DNA from: Oscillospiraceae bacterium
Lineage (GTDB): Bacteria > Bacteroidota > Bacteroidia > Bacteroidales > WCHB1-69
Direction: 5' to 3'
Assembly: GCA_963603365.1 (NCBI GenBank)
Contig: CAVCMI010000015.1
Coordinates: 97,964 to 161,963 of the forward strand
DNA length: 64,000 nt
A program made the position numbers and the translations under genes. Shown here in pieces: positions 1 to 8,988 of this stretch (position 1 is the stretch's first letter; each line of letters begins with the position of its first letter). The notes under the pieces are model-generated. The model did no database searches and was not told the origin of the DNA. It saw nothing but the letters and a program-made list of their open reading frames with translations.

Positions 1-1
1 A

Positions 2-235
2 TTAACCACAATCGAGAGTGACGAAGAAATCGAAAGCCAGATTAAGAAAATGGAGGGATTTGGGCTGAAAATCTCTGATTTTGAAATCGTTTCCGAAAGC
101 ATCGCCGATGACGGCCAGACCGCAGAGGTCGAAGTCAAGTGCCTTTTCACCTCCGTTTTCAACGACACGCCTAAAGAATCGTCCAAAACCATGAATCTGG
201 TCAAGCAGGGCGGCAAATGGAAAATAAAAGACTGA
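2..235 (+). CDS. hypothetical protein, C-terminal fragment (5' end outside window)
   Basis: Frame is open from the window edge to the stop at 233-235 (LTTIESDEEIESQIKKMEGFGLKISDFEIV...KQGGKWKIKD). Family not recognised with confidence. Confidence 0.4.
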   Translation, partial: LTTIESDEEIESQIKKMEGFGLKISDFEIVSESIADDGQTAEVEVKCLFTSVFNDTPKESSKTMNLVKQGGKWKIKD

Positions 236-894
236 CGAAGAGCCGGGAACCGCAAAAACGGCAACGTCATCCATTCTGTCGTCAAGTTCTGCTTCACTTT
301 TCCGTCATTTCGGCTCTGTTTTTGTATGGATGCCGGAATGGCAGTGGCAACGTATCAGGAACGGTGTTGCCTGACACGTTGCCATTGCGGACTGGCGACC
401 TTGTATTCCGCACGGGCAGGGGCATTATAAGCCGTTCCGTCACAAAAGCAGACACCGGGTGCATTTATTCGCACGTCGGAATGGTTGTACCTTTAGGGAA
501 GGGATGGGGTGTGCTGCATGCCGTTCCTAACGAGCGCGAAAGCCGGCGCGAAAAAGACAGCGTCAAGTTAGAGCCTCTTTCCTTGTTTTTCAGCGAAAAA
601 CGCGCCGAACATGGTATCGTTCTCCGTCTGCCTTCTTTGACGGAGAACGATACATTTGCACTGTACCGCAAAGGGCTGTCTGTTTACGAACGTCACCCCC
701 TTTTCGACAACAACTTTGATGCTGATGACAGCAGTACGTTCTATTGCACCGAACTTGTATGGCATATCTATTTGAATGCCATTAACATAGACCTTTCGCA
801 AAACTGCCGTCACACCATTCCCCTGCTGCCGCCGCTCATTTTCTGCTCCGACATCATCCGTTATCCTGGACTTGAAACAGTGTTCATATTTTAG
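217..894 (+). CDS. YiiX/YebB-like permuted papain-fold (NlpC/P60-related) lipoprotein
   Basis: 225-aa ORF with a lipobox-like LFLYGC. Segments GDLVFRTG...IYSHVGMVV and TFYCTELVWHIY resemble the permuted His/Cys segments of the YiiX family. Confidence 0.55.
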   Translation: MENKRLTKSREPQKRQRHPFCRQVLLHFSVISALFLYGCRNGSGNVSGTVLPDTLPLRTGDLVFRTGRGIISRSVTKADTGCIYSHVGMVVPLGKGWGVLHAVPNERESRREKDSVKLEPLSLFFSEKRAEHGIVLRLPSLTENDTFALYRKGLSVYERHPLFDNNFDADDSSTFYCTELVWHIYLNAINIDLSQNCRHTIPLLPPLIFCSDIIRYPGLETVFIF

Positions 895-956
895 TTCAAA
901 GAGGCTTGGGCATCCATACGAAAAAAAATGTATGTTTGCCATCTTTTATGTTCAAG

Positions 957-2042
957 ATGAAAAAGAAGACCATTTACATTATCCTTGTCAGCATCTTGCT
1001 GGTTTTGTGCGTCATACTTATACTGTTCAAGACAGGCACAATACGTAACTCTTCGAGTGCCCCACGTTCCGACATTTTTGCCGTGAAAGACACGGCTGAC
1101 GTGACCAAAATCTTCATAGCCGACATGAATGGGGAGCACGTATTGCTTAACCGCCGCGACGGCACTTGGTATGTACAGGATTCTGCAAGAGCAATGTCTT
1201 CAAAAGTCAGGGACCTTCTGTCGGTCATCCGCAACATCTCGCTGCAGCAGACTGTCGCCAAAACGGCCCAATCGAACATCAACAAAATGATGTCCGTAAA
1301 CGCCGTAAAAGTTGAGATTTACCAGATTGCGCCGAAATTCAAAATCTTCGGCATCAAGTTTTTCAACAAAGAGAGATTGGTCAAAACGTACTATATGGGG
1401 CCTGCCACGATGGACAACGTAGCCAACTATGCCATCCTTGACGGATTTGACGAGCCTTGTATCGTACACATTCCGGGCAACAGGGGCTTCTTGACGCCTT
1501 ACTACTCGTTCAGGGAAACCGAATGGTACAACTGCGACCTGTTCTCCACCAAAATCACTCGGATAAAGACGCTGAATGTGCAAGACTATGAGCAGCCTGA
1601 CGAGTCTTTTTTCATTGAAAAATCAGGTCCGCGCTTTTTCAGTCTTTACGATGCGGCGCACAACCAGATTATGGACTATGACACCACCAAATTGCTGGAC
1701 ATGTTGTCTGAATACCGTGATTTGAACTATGAGACCTTTGTCACCAGCATGTCTGAATCGGCAAAGGATTCCGTCTTGAACAACAATCTTTTCAAGACTA
1801 TCACATTGACAGACGTGGACGGGAACGAGACAAAACTTGATATGTACCGCAAACTCACCCCCGATGCCTTCTATTTGGACGCTATTGTCGGGCGAGAGGG
1901 AGACTACAGCGATGACCCGTATAACCGAGACAAGTTCTATGCCGTGCTTAACGGAAACACGGCCAACCTTGTGCAATGCCAATATTATCATTTTCAGCGG
2001 CAAGTACAACCGCTCACCTATTTCCTTAAGGAACGGAAATAG
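957..2042 (+). CDS. membrane-anchored hypothetical protein, DUF4340-like
   Basis: Start trimmed to MKKKTIYIILVSILLVLCVILILF (N-terminal TM anchor). The pattern FAVKDTADVTKIFI...DGTWYV...KVRDLLSVIRNISL resembles DUF4340 proteins. Confidence 0.5.
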   Translation: MKKKTIYIILVSILLVLCVILILFKTGTIRNSSSAPRSDIFAVKDTADVTKIFIADMNGEHVLLNRRDGTWYVQDSARAMSSKVRDLLSVIRNISLQQTVAKTAQSNINKMMSVNAVKVEIYQIAPKFKIFGIKFFNKERLVKTYYMGPATMDNVANYAILDGFDEPCIVHIPGNRGFLTPYYSFRETEWYNCDLFSTKITRIKTLNVQDYEQPDESFFIEKSGPRFFSLYDAAHNQIMDYDTTKLLDMLSEYRDLNYETFVTSMSESAKDSVLNNNLFKTITLTDVDGNETKLDMYRKLTPDAFYLDAIVGREGDYSDDPYNRDKFYAVLNGNTANLVQCQYYHFQRQVQPLTYFLKERK

Positions 2043-2060
2043 GCATGATGCAATCCCTTT

Positions 2061-3032
2061 ATGAGCGAGGATGAGATTTATATGCAGAGATGCCTGCAAT
2101 TGGCAGCCATCGGGTTGGGCAAAGTTCAGCCCAACCCGATGGTTGGTGCCGTTTTGGTTGCAGACCGCCGCATCATAGGCGAGGGCTATCATCAGCAGTA
2201 TGGGCAGAACCATGCAGAAATCAATGCCATAAACAGCGTAACGGATCTTTCGTTGCTTCAGCGTTCCACCTTATATGTGAGTTTGGAGCCTTGTTCCCAT
2301 TATGGGAAAACGCCGCCGTGTGCAGATGCCATCATCCGCCACAGAATCCCGAAAGTGGTAGTAGGCACCATTGACAGCCATGACAAAGTGAACGGCAATG
2401 GCATCCGAAAACTGGAAGAGGCCGGCATAGAAGTGGTTCAAGGTGTATGCGAAGCTGAATGCCGCGAATTGAACCGGCGTTTTTTCACCTATCATTGCCA
2501 TCACCGCCCTTATATCATCTTAAAATGGGCACAGACCCGCGACGGATTTATGGACATAGAAAGACCCGCCGGCAAACCCGTTCAGTCATATTGGATAACC
2601 AACCCTGCGCTACGGGTAATTGTTCACAAATGGCGCAGCGAGGAAGATGCCGTTTTAGTGGGCTACAACACGATGAAAAACGACTGTCCGCAACTTACCA
2701 CCCGATACTACCCGGGCAAGAACCCAAAACCATTTGTCATGCAACGTGATGCGGAAGTGTGCGTCCGGCACTTTTCTGCGACCTCTTTCCCGATGAACAT
2801 AGAAGAGGGACTGACTATGATGTACGAACTGCGCATACAGTCCGTAATCGTAGAAGGCGGGCGCAAAACGCTGGACCACTTCATTGAAAGCGGATATTGG
2901 GACGAAGCGCGCATACTTGTCGGCAGCCAAAGTTGGGGGAAAGGAATTCCTGCCCCGTCATTGTCCATTACGCCATACCATGTTGAAAACATAGACGACA
3001 ACAAAATCATGTATGTTCGACGACACCTATAA
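2061..3032 (+). CDS. ribD: bifunctional riboflavin biosynthesis protein RibD (pyrimidine deaminase / uracil reductase)
   Basis: YMQRCLQLA...NPMVGAVLV...GYHQQYGQNHAEINA...LYVSLEPCSHYGKTPPCADAI is the CMP/dCMP deaminase zinc motif (HAE...PCxxC), followed by a reductase domain. Confidence 0.93.
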   Translation: MSEDEIYMQRCLQLAAIGLGKVQPNPMVGAVLVADRRIIGEGYHQQYGQNHAEINAINSVTDLSLLQRSTLYVSLEPCSHYGKTPPCADAIIRHRIPKVVVGTIDSHDKVNGNGIRKLEEAGIEVVQGVCEAECRELNRRFFTYHCHHRPYIILKWAQTRDGFMDIERPAGKPVQSYWITNPALRVIVHKWRSEEDAVLVGYNTMKNDCPQLTTRYYPGKNPKPFVMQRDAEVCVRHFSATSFPMNIEEGLTMMYELRIQSVIVEGGRKTLDHFIESGYWDEARILVGSQSWGKGIPAPSLSITPYHVENIDDNKIMYVRRHL

Positions 3033-3609
3033 GACGATAGCAGAACCGGCAAGGGGCAGTTACAGTGAAAAGAGAAGCAAGTTTCTGGCTTACGCTTTCC
3101 CTGTGCAAACGGAAGAGCAGGTAAAGGAACGGTTGGCAGAAATACAGAAAAGGCACAACGATGCACGGCATTGCTGCTACGCATACATTTTGGGTCCCAA
3201 CAAAGATGCCTACCGTATGAACGACAACGGCGAGCCATCCGGGACTGCCGGCCGCCCCATACACGGGCAACTGCTGTCAAAAGACTTGACCGACACCTTA
3301 ATTGTCGTAGTGCGGTATTTCGGCGGAATAAAATTGGGAGTCAGCGGATTGCAAAATGCCTACAAGGCCGCTGCCCGTGAGGCACTTGACTCTGCCGTCA
3401 TCATTGAAAAGGTCATAACCTTAACCTATGAAATCACATTCGATTATCTTCAGATGAATGCCGTTATGCAGTGGATGAAAGAGCCTTTCATCACGGTATT
3501 GTCGCAGGACAGCAATCTGAAGTGCACCATAAGATTTTCAGTACGGCGCAGCGAATCCGACCGCACCACGACGGCACTACGAAAAATAGGGGTTGTCAAA
3601 GCCTGTTAG
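3013..3609 (+). CDS. yigZ: IMPACT-family protein YigZ (UPF0029)
   Basis: SEKRSKFLAYAFPV...ARHCCYAYILG...NDNGEPSGTAGRPI...VVVRYFGGIKLGVSGL are typical YigZ/IMPACT N-domain motifs. Overlaps the ribD 3' end by 20 nt. Confidence 0.85.
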   Translation: MFDDTYKTIAEPARGSYSEKRSKFLAYAFPVQTEEQVKERLAEIQKRHNDARHCCYAYILGPNKDAYRMNDNGEPSGTAGRPIHGQLLSKDLTDTLIVVVRYFGGIKLGVSGLQNAYKAAAREALDSAVIIEKVITLTYEITFDYLQMNAVMQWMKEPFITVLSQDSNLKCTIRFSVRRSESDRTTTALRKIGVVKAC

Positions 3610-4175
3610 AAATCGGCGTTGTTCAATTCGCCGTGAGGATGCCAGATTGTATATTTTGAGAACCGCTCATCAGCCTCAAAGCCATCGCCATAGTTTACCG
3701 ACCCGTCGGCCTTATGTTGCGTCACCAGTTTGTTTGAATAAATTCTCCTTTTGCGTTGATCCCAGATAATCTCTTCCGTCAGCAGTGTATCGCCTGCCAG
3801 CAAGTCGCATATCACCACGCTGTCTGATGCTTTGTACATATAATTATTGATATTGCAGGCATACTTGGCCGTAAGTTTTGCCTGTTCTTTTCCGTACTCT
3901 GTAAAAGAAATCACTTTGATGCCTTCAGGGCAGTCTGTATAGGACGAATCGCCGATATAGCTATTGAACAAAGGAGCCTCCACCACAAAACTGATTACAC
4001 CGGAATCGCTGATTGTCAGCACCATATTTTCTGCCGACTCGTCTGGAAACTTTCCATTGTACTGCAGCAGTTCGTGGTTTGGTGTCTGCGAACTGCATGA
4101 AGCAAAAGACATCATAAGGCAGAATGCCTTAATGATGTCTTTTGCAGTATCGGCCGGTTTTATGCGTAATCGCAT
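3606..4175 (-). CDS. lptC: LPS export system periplasmic protein LptC (lipoprotein form)
   Basis: 189 aa, signal/lipobox ...MMSFASCSS. Layout NMVLTISDSG...KLTAKYA...LLTEEIIWDQRKRRIYSNKLV...DGFEADERFSKYTI matches Bacteroidota-type LptC. Confidence 0.6.
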   Translation of the reverse strand: MRLRIKPADTAKDIIKAFCLMMSFASCSSQTPNHELLQYNGKFPDESAENMVLTISDSGVISFVVEAPLFNSYIGDSSYTDCPEGIKVISFTEYGKEQAKLTAKYACNINNYMYKASDSVVICDLLAGDTLLTEEIIWDQRKRRIYSNKLVTQHKADGSVNYGDGFEADERFSKYTIWHPHGELNNADF

Positions 4176-4193
4176 AAAAAAAGTATGCTGTAA

Positions 4194-5660
4194 TTATCTG
4201 ACAGTCGTATTCTCCTGAATCCAGCAGCCCACATGGTAGGATGATCCGGCGCTCAAGCCACGTTTGAACAAATCCTCTTTGCTTGGGTATCTCAATTTAG
4301 AACGCTGGGCAGAAGCCTTTTCAGCGCAAGACGGATCTACACTTGCGGCTTTGGAATACTTGTCGGCTGCAGCCCATGCGTATGACAACGGAATGTCGTC
4401 GCCTGAGCATCTGGAACCGGAATTTGCGTAAAGGTCACCGATAAGGATATAAGCCTTGCCCATTTTGGGTTGGAACTTAAGCGCATTGTAAGCTGCCGTT
4501 CTGGCTTCCGGGAAAGAACCTTTAGTCTGGTAAGCGAGGGCGAGCATATAGTTTGCATCCGCTTTCTGCTCATTCGTTTCACTCAACGCGATAGCTTCCT
4601 CAAAATACTTGACAGCCTTTTCGATTTCTTCGGCATTATGATTGGTTACATATCCTTTCAGAGAGAGGTTGCCCATCCAGTATGCAGAGTTTCTGTTCGG
4701 GTTGGCTTGATGCAGAATCTCAAGTGCCTCCTTGAAAATCGGGCTCGTGACACAGCCGCCCTTAGACATCGTGATAACCATCTTGTTGATAGCCGAAATG
4801 TCATCGCGGCTCTCGGCCAGTTTCTTGCCATAAAGTTCTTCAAGCACTTCGCAGGAGACGTATGGCGTCACAGCTTTCTCAATCTTGGCAAGCGTACGGC
4901 GATAGTTTACAATATATTTCATCTGACGCACCGTGTCGGCTGCCGGTTTCTTGCAAAGTTCTATCAAATAGGTAGTATCAATCTTGCCTTGTTCATAAAG
5001 GTCTTTCAAACTGTCAATAGCGGCAGTCTGTTTTTCATACTGCACCATTGCGTTATTGATAGAAATGTCAAGATAGTCTGTTGCACGGCCATATGCGTCG
5101 ATTACGTATGCTGTGTCTTTGGTTGCCTTTGTAATCTGTTCAGAGAGTTGGAAATACTTGTCCCAAATAGCGGGCTGTGTTTTCTCTTTCTCCATTTCGA
5201 CAGACTGAACAAACCAATTCACCAATTCCTTGATTTGTTCAAATTCCATATCTTTTGATTTGTAAATCAAACTATTATATGCCTTAAAACCGAGACAATA
5301 GCCTTTAGAGAACTTCTCGGGGAAATACTCGTTGCGGGCATCGTAAGAATAAATAAGCGTGTCAATAAGGTTTGCTTTTCTGGCAGAATCCTTTTCAACT
5401 TTGATGAGTTGCTGGAACATATTCTGTGCATTGGTGTAAATGCCGTCCCAAGCGCATGGACAATTAGCAACGATGTTTCTCCATGCTTCGTATGCATCTT
5501 TGTAGTTCTTTGATTTGTAGAACATGTTGAAGTTTGTCATCTGTTCCAGACACTTCAAAGAATCGTCTTCGTTTGCCCCGTACTTGAACGGACAGGTATG
5601 CTGGGCAAAAAGGCTGCCTGTGAAGAACAGAAGAATTACGACCAATAAATTTTTTTTCAT
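4194..5660 (-). CDS. secreted tetratricopeptide-repeat (TPR) protein
   Basis: Signal peptide MKKNLLVVILLFFTGSLFAQ. Helical-repeat composition with TPR-like units (e.g. ANYMLALAYQTKGSFPEARTAAYNALKFQPKMGKAYILIGDLYA). Confidence 0.6.
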   Translation of the reverse strand: MKKNLLVVILLFFTGSLFAQHTCPFKYGANEDDSLKCLEQMTNFNMFYKSKNYKDAYEAWRNIVANCPCAWDGIYTNAQNMFQQLIKVEKDSARKANLIDTLIYSYDARNEYFPEKFSKGYCLGFKAYNSLIYKSKDMEFEQIKELVNWFVQSVEMEKEKTQPAIWDKYFQLSEQITKATKDTAYVIDAYGRATDYLDISINNAMVQYEKQTAAIDSLKDLYEQGKIDTTYLIELCKKPAADTVRQMKYIVNYRRTLAKIEKAVTPYVSCEVLEELYGKKLAESRDDISAINKMVITMSKGGCVTSPIFKEALEILHQANPNRNSAYWMGNLSLKGYVTNHNAEEIEKAVKYFEEAIALSETNEQKADANYMLALAYQTKGSFPEARTAAYNALKFQPKMGKAYILIGDLYANSGSRCSGDDIPLSYAWAAADKYSKAASVDPSCAEKASAQRSKLRYPSKEDLFKRGLSAGSSYHVGCWIQENTTVR

Positions 5661-5703
5661 TTGTTTATGACTTAATAATTATAACTATCTGTATTGCTTT
5701 CCA

Positions 5704-6984
5704 TTAATCCAATTTCATTCGCTGATACCATTTTTCCTGAAGCGTGAAATTCAGCGTAAACTTGAAATAATTCTGCTTGATGAGCTGGTTTGCCAAAGTT
5801 CCCATTTTCCCGTATTCAAAAGCCACATTAACTGAAGAATGAGTATTAAACGTTGTCAGCGGAAGGCCAATGCCAAGAGAGACCCCCATTTCGTCAATAG
5901 GTTTATTATGCAAGATAATATTTCCTGTTGAGTATCTGAAGCCAAGACGAAACGCCATCTTTTTCAAGAACTTGTTTGAGAGAGGGTCTGGCGTGTATTG
6001 GGCTCCGACAGATGCGGATATGGCATCGCGGAGGGAATCGCCCCTGCCCATAAACTTGAATCTGTTCCAATTCTGCCATGTCACATCGGCTGCCAGAATA
6101 ACCTTGTCCATATAAGAATAGCTCAATCCGCCGCCAACAGACTGCGGAACATGGACATTGCCTTTGGTTTTGTCGTTGTAATAGACCGTATCGTAAGATG
6201 TCGTGGAACTGTATGTGCTTGTATAGTAATGAATCAGAAGGCTCTCCTTGGCCCATATATAAGCCGTGTTGCCATAGACGAGACCGATGCCGAGTTTGTG
6301 CCGTTCTTTGATATTGAAGAAATACTGCACGCCGCCAGTCAAGTGGATGCCGTTGATGCGGTAGCTGTCGTTGATGTAAGAATTATACATGTTGCTGCCG
6401 TCGAAAGAGGTATTGCGCACATTGTCGATAGTGCCGAACAGGTACGAGACATTAAGTCCCAACGAGAGACCTTTGCATACTTTGAAGGCGTTTCCCCAGT
6501 ACACTTGGTTCAATCCCCCGTCTGCAGAATATTTGTAATTTACTTTTCCTATAACCTCGTGTTCTGTGGTGTTCTCGACTTCATATCCGACAGAACTATA
6601 TGGCTGGATGCCGGCGCTGGTGCGCCAATGACGTGTCAAAGGCAAGCCTACAGTAATGTAGCAAGGCTTGGCGTATGAATTACGTTGGGCATTTGAGCCC
6701 TGCGACAAAACAGACACGTATATAGAGGCGGCCACATCGGCCGTAAATGAAAGAGAATCGAATGCAGCGTAGGAAGCAGGATTCCGGCTGTTAATGTAGT
6801 ATGGATTCTGCATCGCATACGAAGTTCCGCCCATACCATCAAGGATTGCGTTAGAGCGGCTGTTTATCAGACCTATGCCGAAGCGTGAATAGGGATTGCT
6901 GATCTCGTTCTGCGCCTGAGAGGGGAATATGCAGCAAAGCAGCACAACGGGGATTGCCAACAATCTGTATAATTTATGCTTCAT
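5704..6984 (-). CDS. outer-membrane beta-barrel protein (FadL/OMPP1-like; function unknown)
   Basis: Start trimmed to MKHKLYRLLAIPVVLLCCIFPSQAQ (signal peptide). Alternating beta-strand pattern rich in aromatic/Gly residues, with an N-terminal NPYSRFGIG motif. Confidence 0.5.
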   Translation of the reverse strand: MKHKLYRLLAIPVVLLCCIFPSQAQNEISNPYSRFGIGLINSRSNAILDGMGGTSYAMQNPYYINSRNPASYAAFDSLSFTADVAASIYVSVLSQGSNAQRNSYAKPCYITVGLPLTRHWRTSAGIQPYSSVGYEVENTTEHEVIGKVNYKYSADGGLNQVYWGNAFKVCKGLSLGLNVSYLFGTIDNVRNTSFDGSNMYNSYINDSYRINGIHLTGGVQYFFNIKERHKLGIGLVYGNTAYIWAKESLLIHYYTSTYSSTTSYDTVYYNDKTKGNVHVPQSVGGGLSYSYMDKVILAADVTWQNWNRFKFMGRGDSLRDAISASVGAQYTPDPLSNKFLKKMAFRLGFRYSTGNIILHNKPIDEMGVSLGIGLPLTTFNTHSSVNVAFEYGKMGTLANQLIKQNYFKFTLNFTLQEKWYQRMKLD

Positions 6985-7699
6985 TGTATTTAAGAATATT
7001 GTACAGGCCGAAAGCGACCAGATTAGGGGCGGCAAATATACGATTTTTTAAATACCTTTCGAGAAACGGGGCATCGCCGCCGGTAAGAACTACTTTCAGA
7101 CCGGCATAATCTCTACGATAGCGGTCAACAAAAGCGTCTATTTCGGCCGCCATTCCGTTTATGACCCCTGAAAGCATCGACTGCCGGGTGGAAGTTCCCG
7201 TATAAAACCCTATCTCCTGCGGTGTTACCAACGGAAGTCCTGCGGTGTACCGGTGCAATGCTTTGAACCTCATCTGCAGACCTGGAGATATTGAACCGCC
7301 GCGGTATTCTTTTTCGGCACTGACAAAATCGGTCACCAAACAGGTTCCGGCCTGAACTGCCAGCACATTATCTTCCGGGAACAATGCTGCGGCGCCTGCC
7401 GCACAGGCGATACGGTCAGAGCCAAGCGTCGCGTGGGTCTCGTACTTGAGACTGACCGGAAGTTTCATGTCTGGCGAAAGCCTTAACAGCCGTGTGCGAC
7501 GTGAAAGCCAGCCGACCAATTCCTCTGAAACATTGCCGACGGCAGAAATCAAGGCGGCGCGCACGTCACCTTTCCGGAAAAGAGACCCGATCTCCGCCGT
7601 GCCGATACATTCGCCTGAAATACGGCATACCTCGTTGCCCATGGCATCGAACAGCACCGCTTTCTGCAGTGTATTTCCTATGTCAACAACTAAAAACAC
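6974..7699 (-). CDS. coaX: type III pantothenate kinase CoaX
   Basis: MFLVVDIGNTLQKAVLFD (ASKHA phosphate-1 motif), ...GSDRIACAAGA..., ...VVLTGGDA. Confidence 0.9.
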   Translation of the reverse strand: MFLVVDIGNTLQKAVLFDAMGNEVCRISGECIGTAEIGSLFRKGDVRAALISAVGNVSEELVGWLSRRTRLLRLSPDMKLPVSLKYETHATLGSDRIACAAGAAALFPEDNVLAVQAGTCLVTDFVSAEKEYRGGSISPGLQMRFKALHRYTAGLPLVTPQEIGFYTGTSTRQSMLSGVINGMAAEIDAFVDRYRRDYAGLKVVLTGGDAPFLERYLKNRIFAAPNLVAFGLYNILKYNEA

Positions 7700-7745
7700 G
7701 ATTAAAGAAACGAATTACAGTCCTTTTTTATTATATGTGTTTTTG

Positions 7746-7753
7746 TATTTTTG
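7746..7753 (+). promoter_or_regulatory. Bacteroidota -7 promoter box (TAnnTTTG) for the M20 amidohydrolase gene
   Basis: TATTTTTG, 20 nt upstream of the ATG at 7773. Confidence 0.55.
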
Positions 7754-7772
7754 CAGCCATTCAAAAACAACT

Positions 7773-8972
7773 ATGGAAAAAATAAAAGAACTTGCCAATC
7801 AATACTTTGAGAAAACGGTAACACTTTACCATGAGTTGCACCGTCATCCTGAATTGTCGGGGAAGGAAGAGCATACGGCCGCGTTCATCTGCCGGACGCT
7901 TGACGACTTAGGCCTTGAATATCAAAACAATGTCGCCGGGTTCGGAATTGTAGCGCTTTTGCACGGCGCCGGAGGGAACGAGAGAAAGAACGCCAAGGGC
8001 AAAGTTGTGGCGCTGCGGGCAGACATGGATGCCTTGCCCATCCAAGAAAAAACAGAGTTGCCGTTTGCATCTGCCGTGCCCAATGTTATGCATGCCTGCG
8101 GCCACGATGTGCATATTGCATCTCTTTTAGGGGTTCTGATGATTTTAAAAGATTTGAAAGAGCAGTTTTCGGGAACCGTGAAAGCCATTTTCCAGCCATC
8201 TGAAGAGGAGTATGACGGCGGCGCCAAATACATGATAGATGCCAATGTTTTAGAAAACCCGAAAGTTGACGTCATCATCGGACAGCATGTCACACCGGGC
8301 ATGAGTGCCGGCACAGTAGGCTTCCGCAGCGGTGCCTTTATGGCCTCAACGGACGAAATTCACCTTACCATACATGGAAAAGGCGGGCATGCCGGTATGC
8401 CCGCCGAAACCATAAACCCGATTCTCGCAGGGGCTGCCTTCATTGAAGAAATCAACCGCCTTGTGAAAGAGGAACAGCCTAATGATGTGCCTACCGTTCT
8501 GTCGTTCGGGCGTTTTATCGCCAACGGGTCCACAAACGTCATCCCAGACACCGCCGAAATCGCCGGCACGCTCCGCACGTTCAACGAAGTATGGCGCGAA
8601 GAGGTGTGTGCCTTGCTCAAAATGGCCGCAAAGGATATCTCGAGCAAGTACAATACCGTTCTCGACCTTGACATCCGGAGGGGCTATCCTGTGGTCAACA
8701 ACAATCCTGAGGTTACGGAAAGGGCGCGGAAAGATGCCATTGCGCTGTTAGGACGCGGATATGTGCAGAACCTGCCGCTCCGCTACACCGCCGAAGACTT
8801 CGCCTATTACCTCCTGAAATGCCCCGGTGTTTTTTACCGGCTCGGGGTGTCCAACCAGGCAAAAGGCATTACGCAGACCACCCATTCTGCTACGTTCAGG
8901 ATTGACGAAGATGCACTGCTCACCTCCATCATGCTCATGAGTTACATCGCCTTCAACGAACTGAACCGTTAG
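7773..8972 (+). CDS. M20-family amidohydrolase (aminoacylase / hippurate-hydrolase type)
   Basis: Start at MEKIKELANQYFE, 20 nt after a TATTTTTG box. Motifs HRHPELSGKE, ALRADMDALP, HACGHDVH and EE..GGAKYMI are characteristic of the family. Confidence 0.85.
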   Translation: MEKIKELANQYFEKTVTLYHELHRHPELSGKEEHTAAFICRTLDDLGLEYQNNVAGFGIVALLHGAGGNERKNAKGKVVALRADMDALPIQEKTELPFASAVPNVMHACGHDVHIASLLGVLMILKDLKEQFSGTVKAIFQPSEEEYDGGAKYMIDANVLENPKVDVIIGQHVTPGMSAGTVGFRSGAFMASTDEIHLTIHGKGGHAGMPAETINPILAGAAFIEEINRLVKEEQPNDVPTVLSFGRFIANGSTNVIPDTAEIAGTLRTFNEVWREEVCALLKMAAKDISSKYNTVLDLDIRRGYPVVNNNPEVTERARKDAIALLGRGYVQNLPLRYTAEDFAYYLLKCPGVFYRLGVSNQAKGITQTTHSATFRIDEDALLTSIMLMSYIAFNELNR

Positions 8973-8988
8973 CCTGCGCCGTCGCGTT

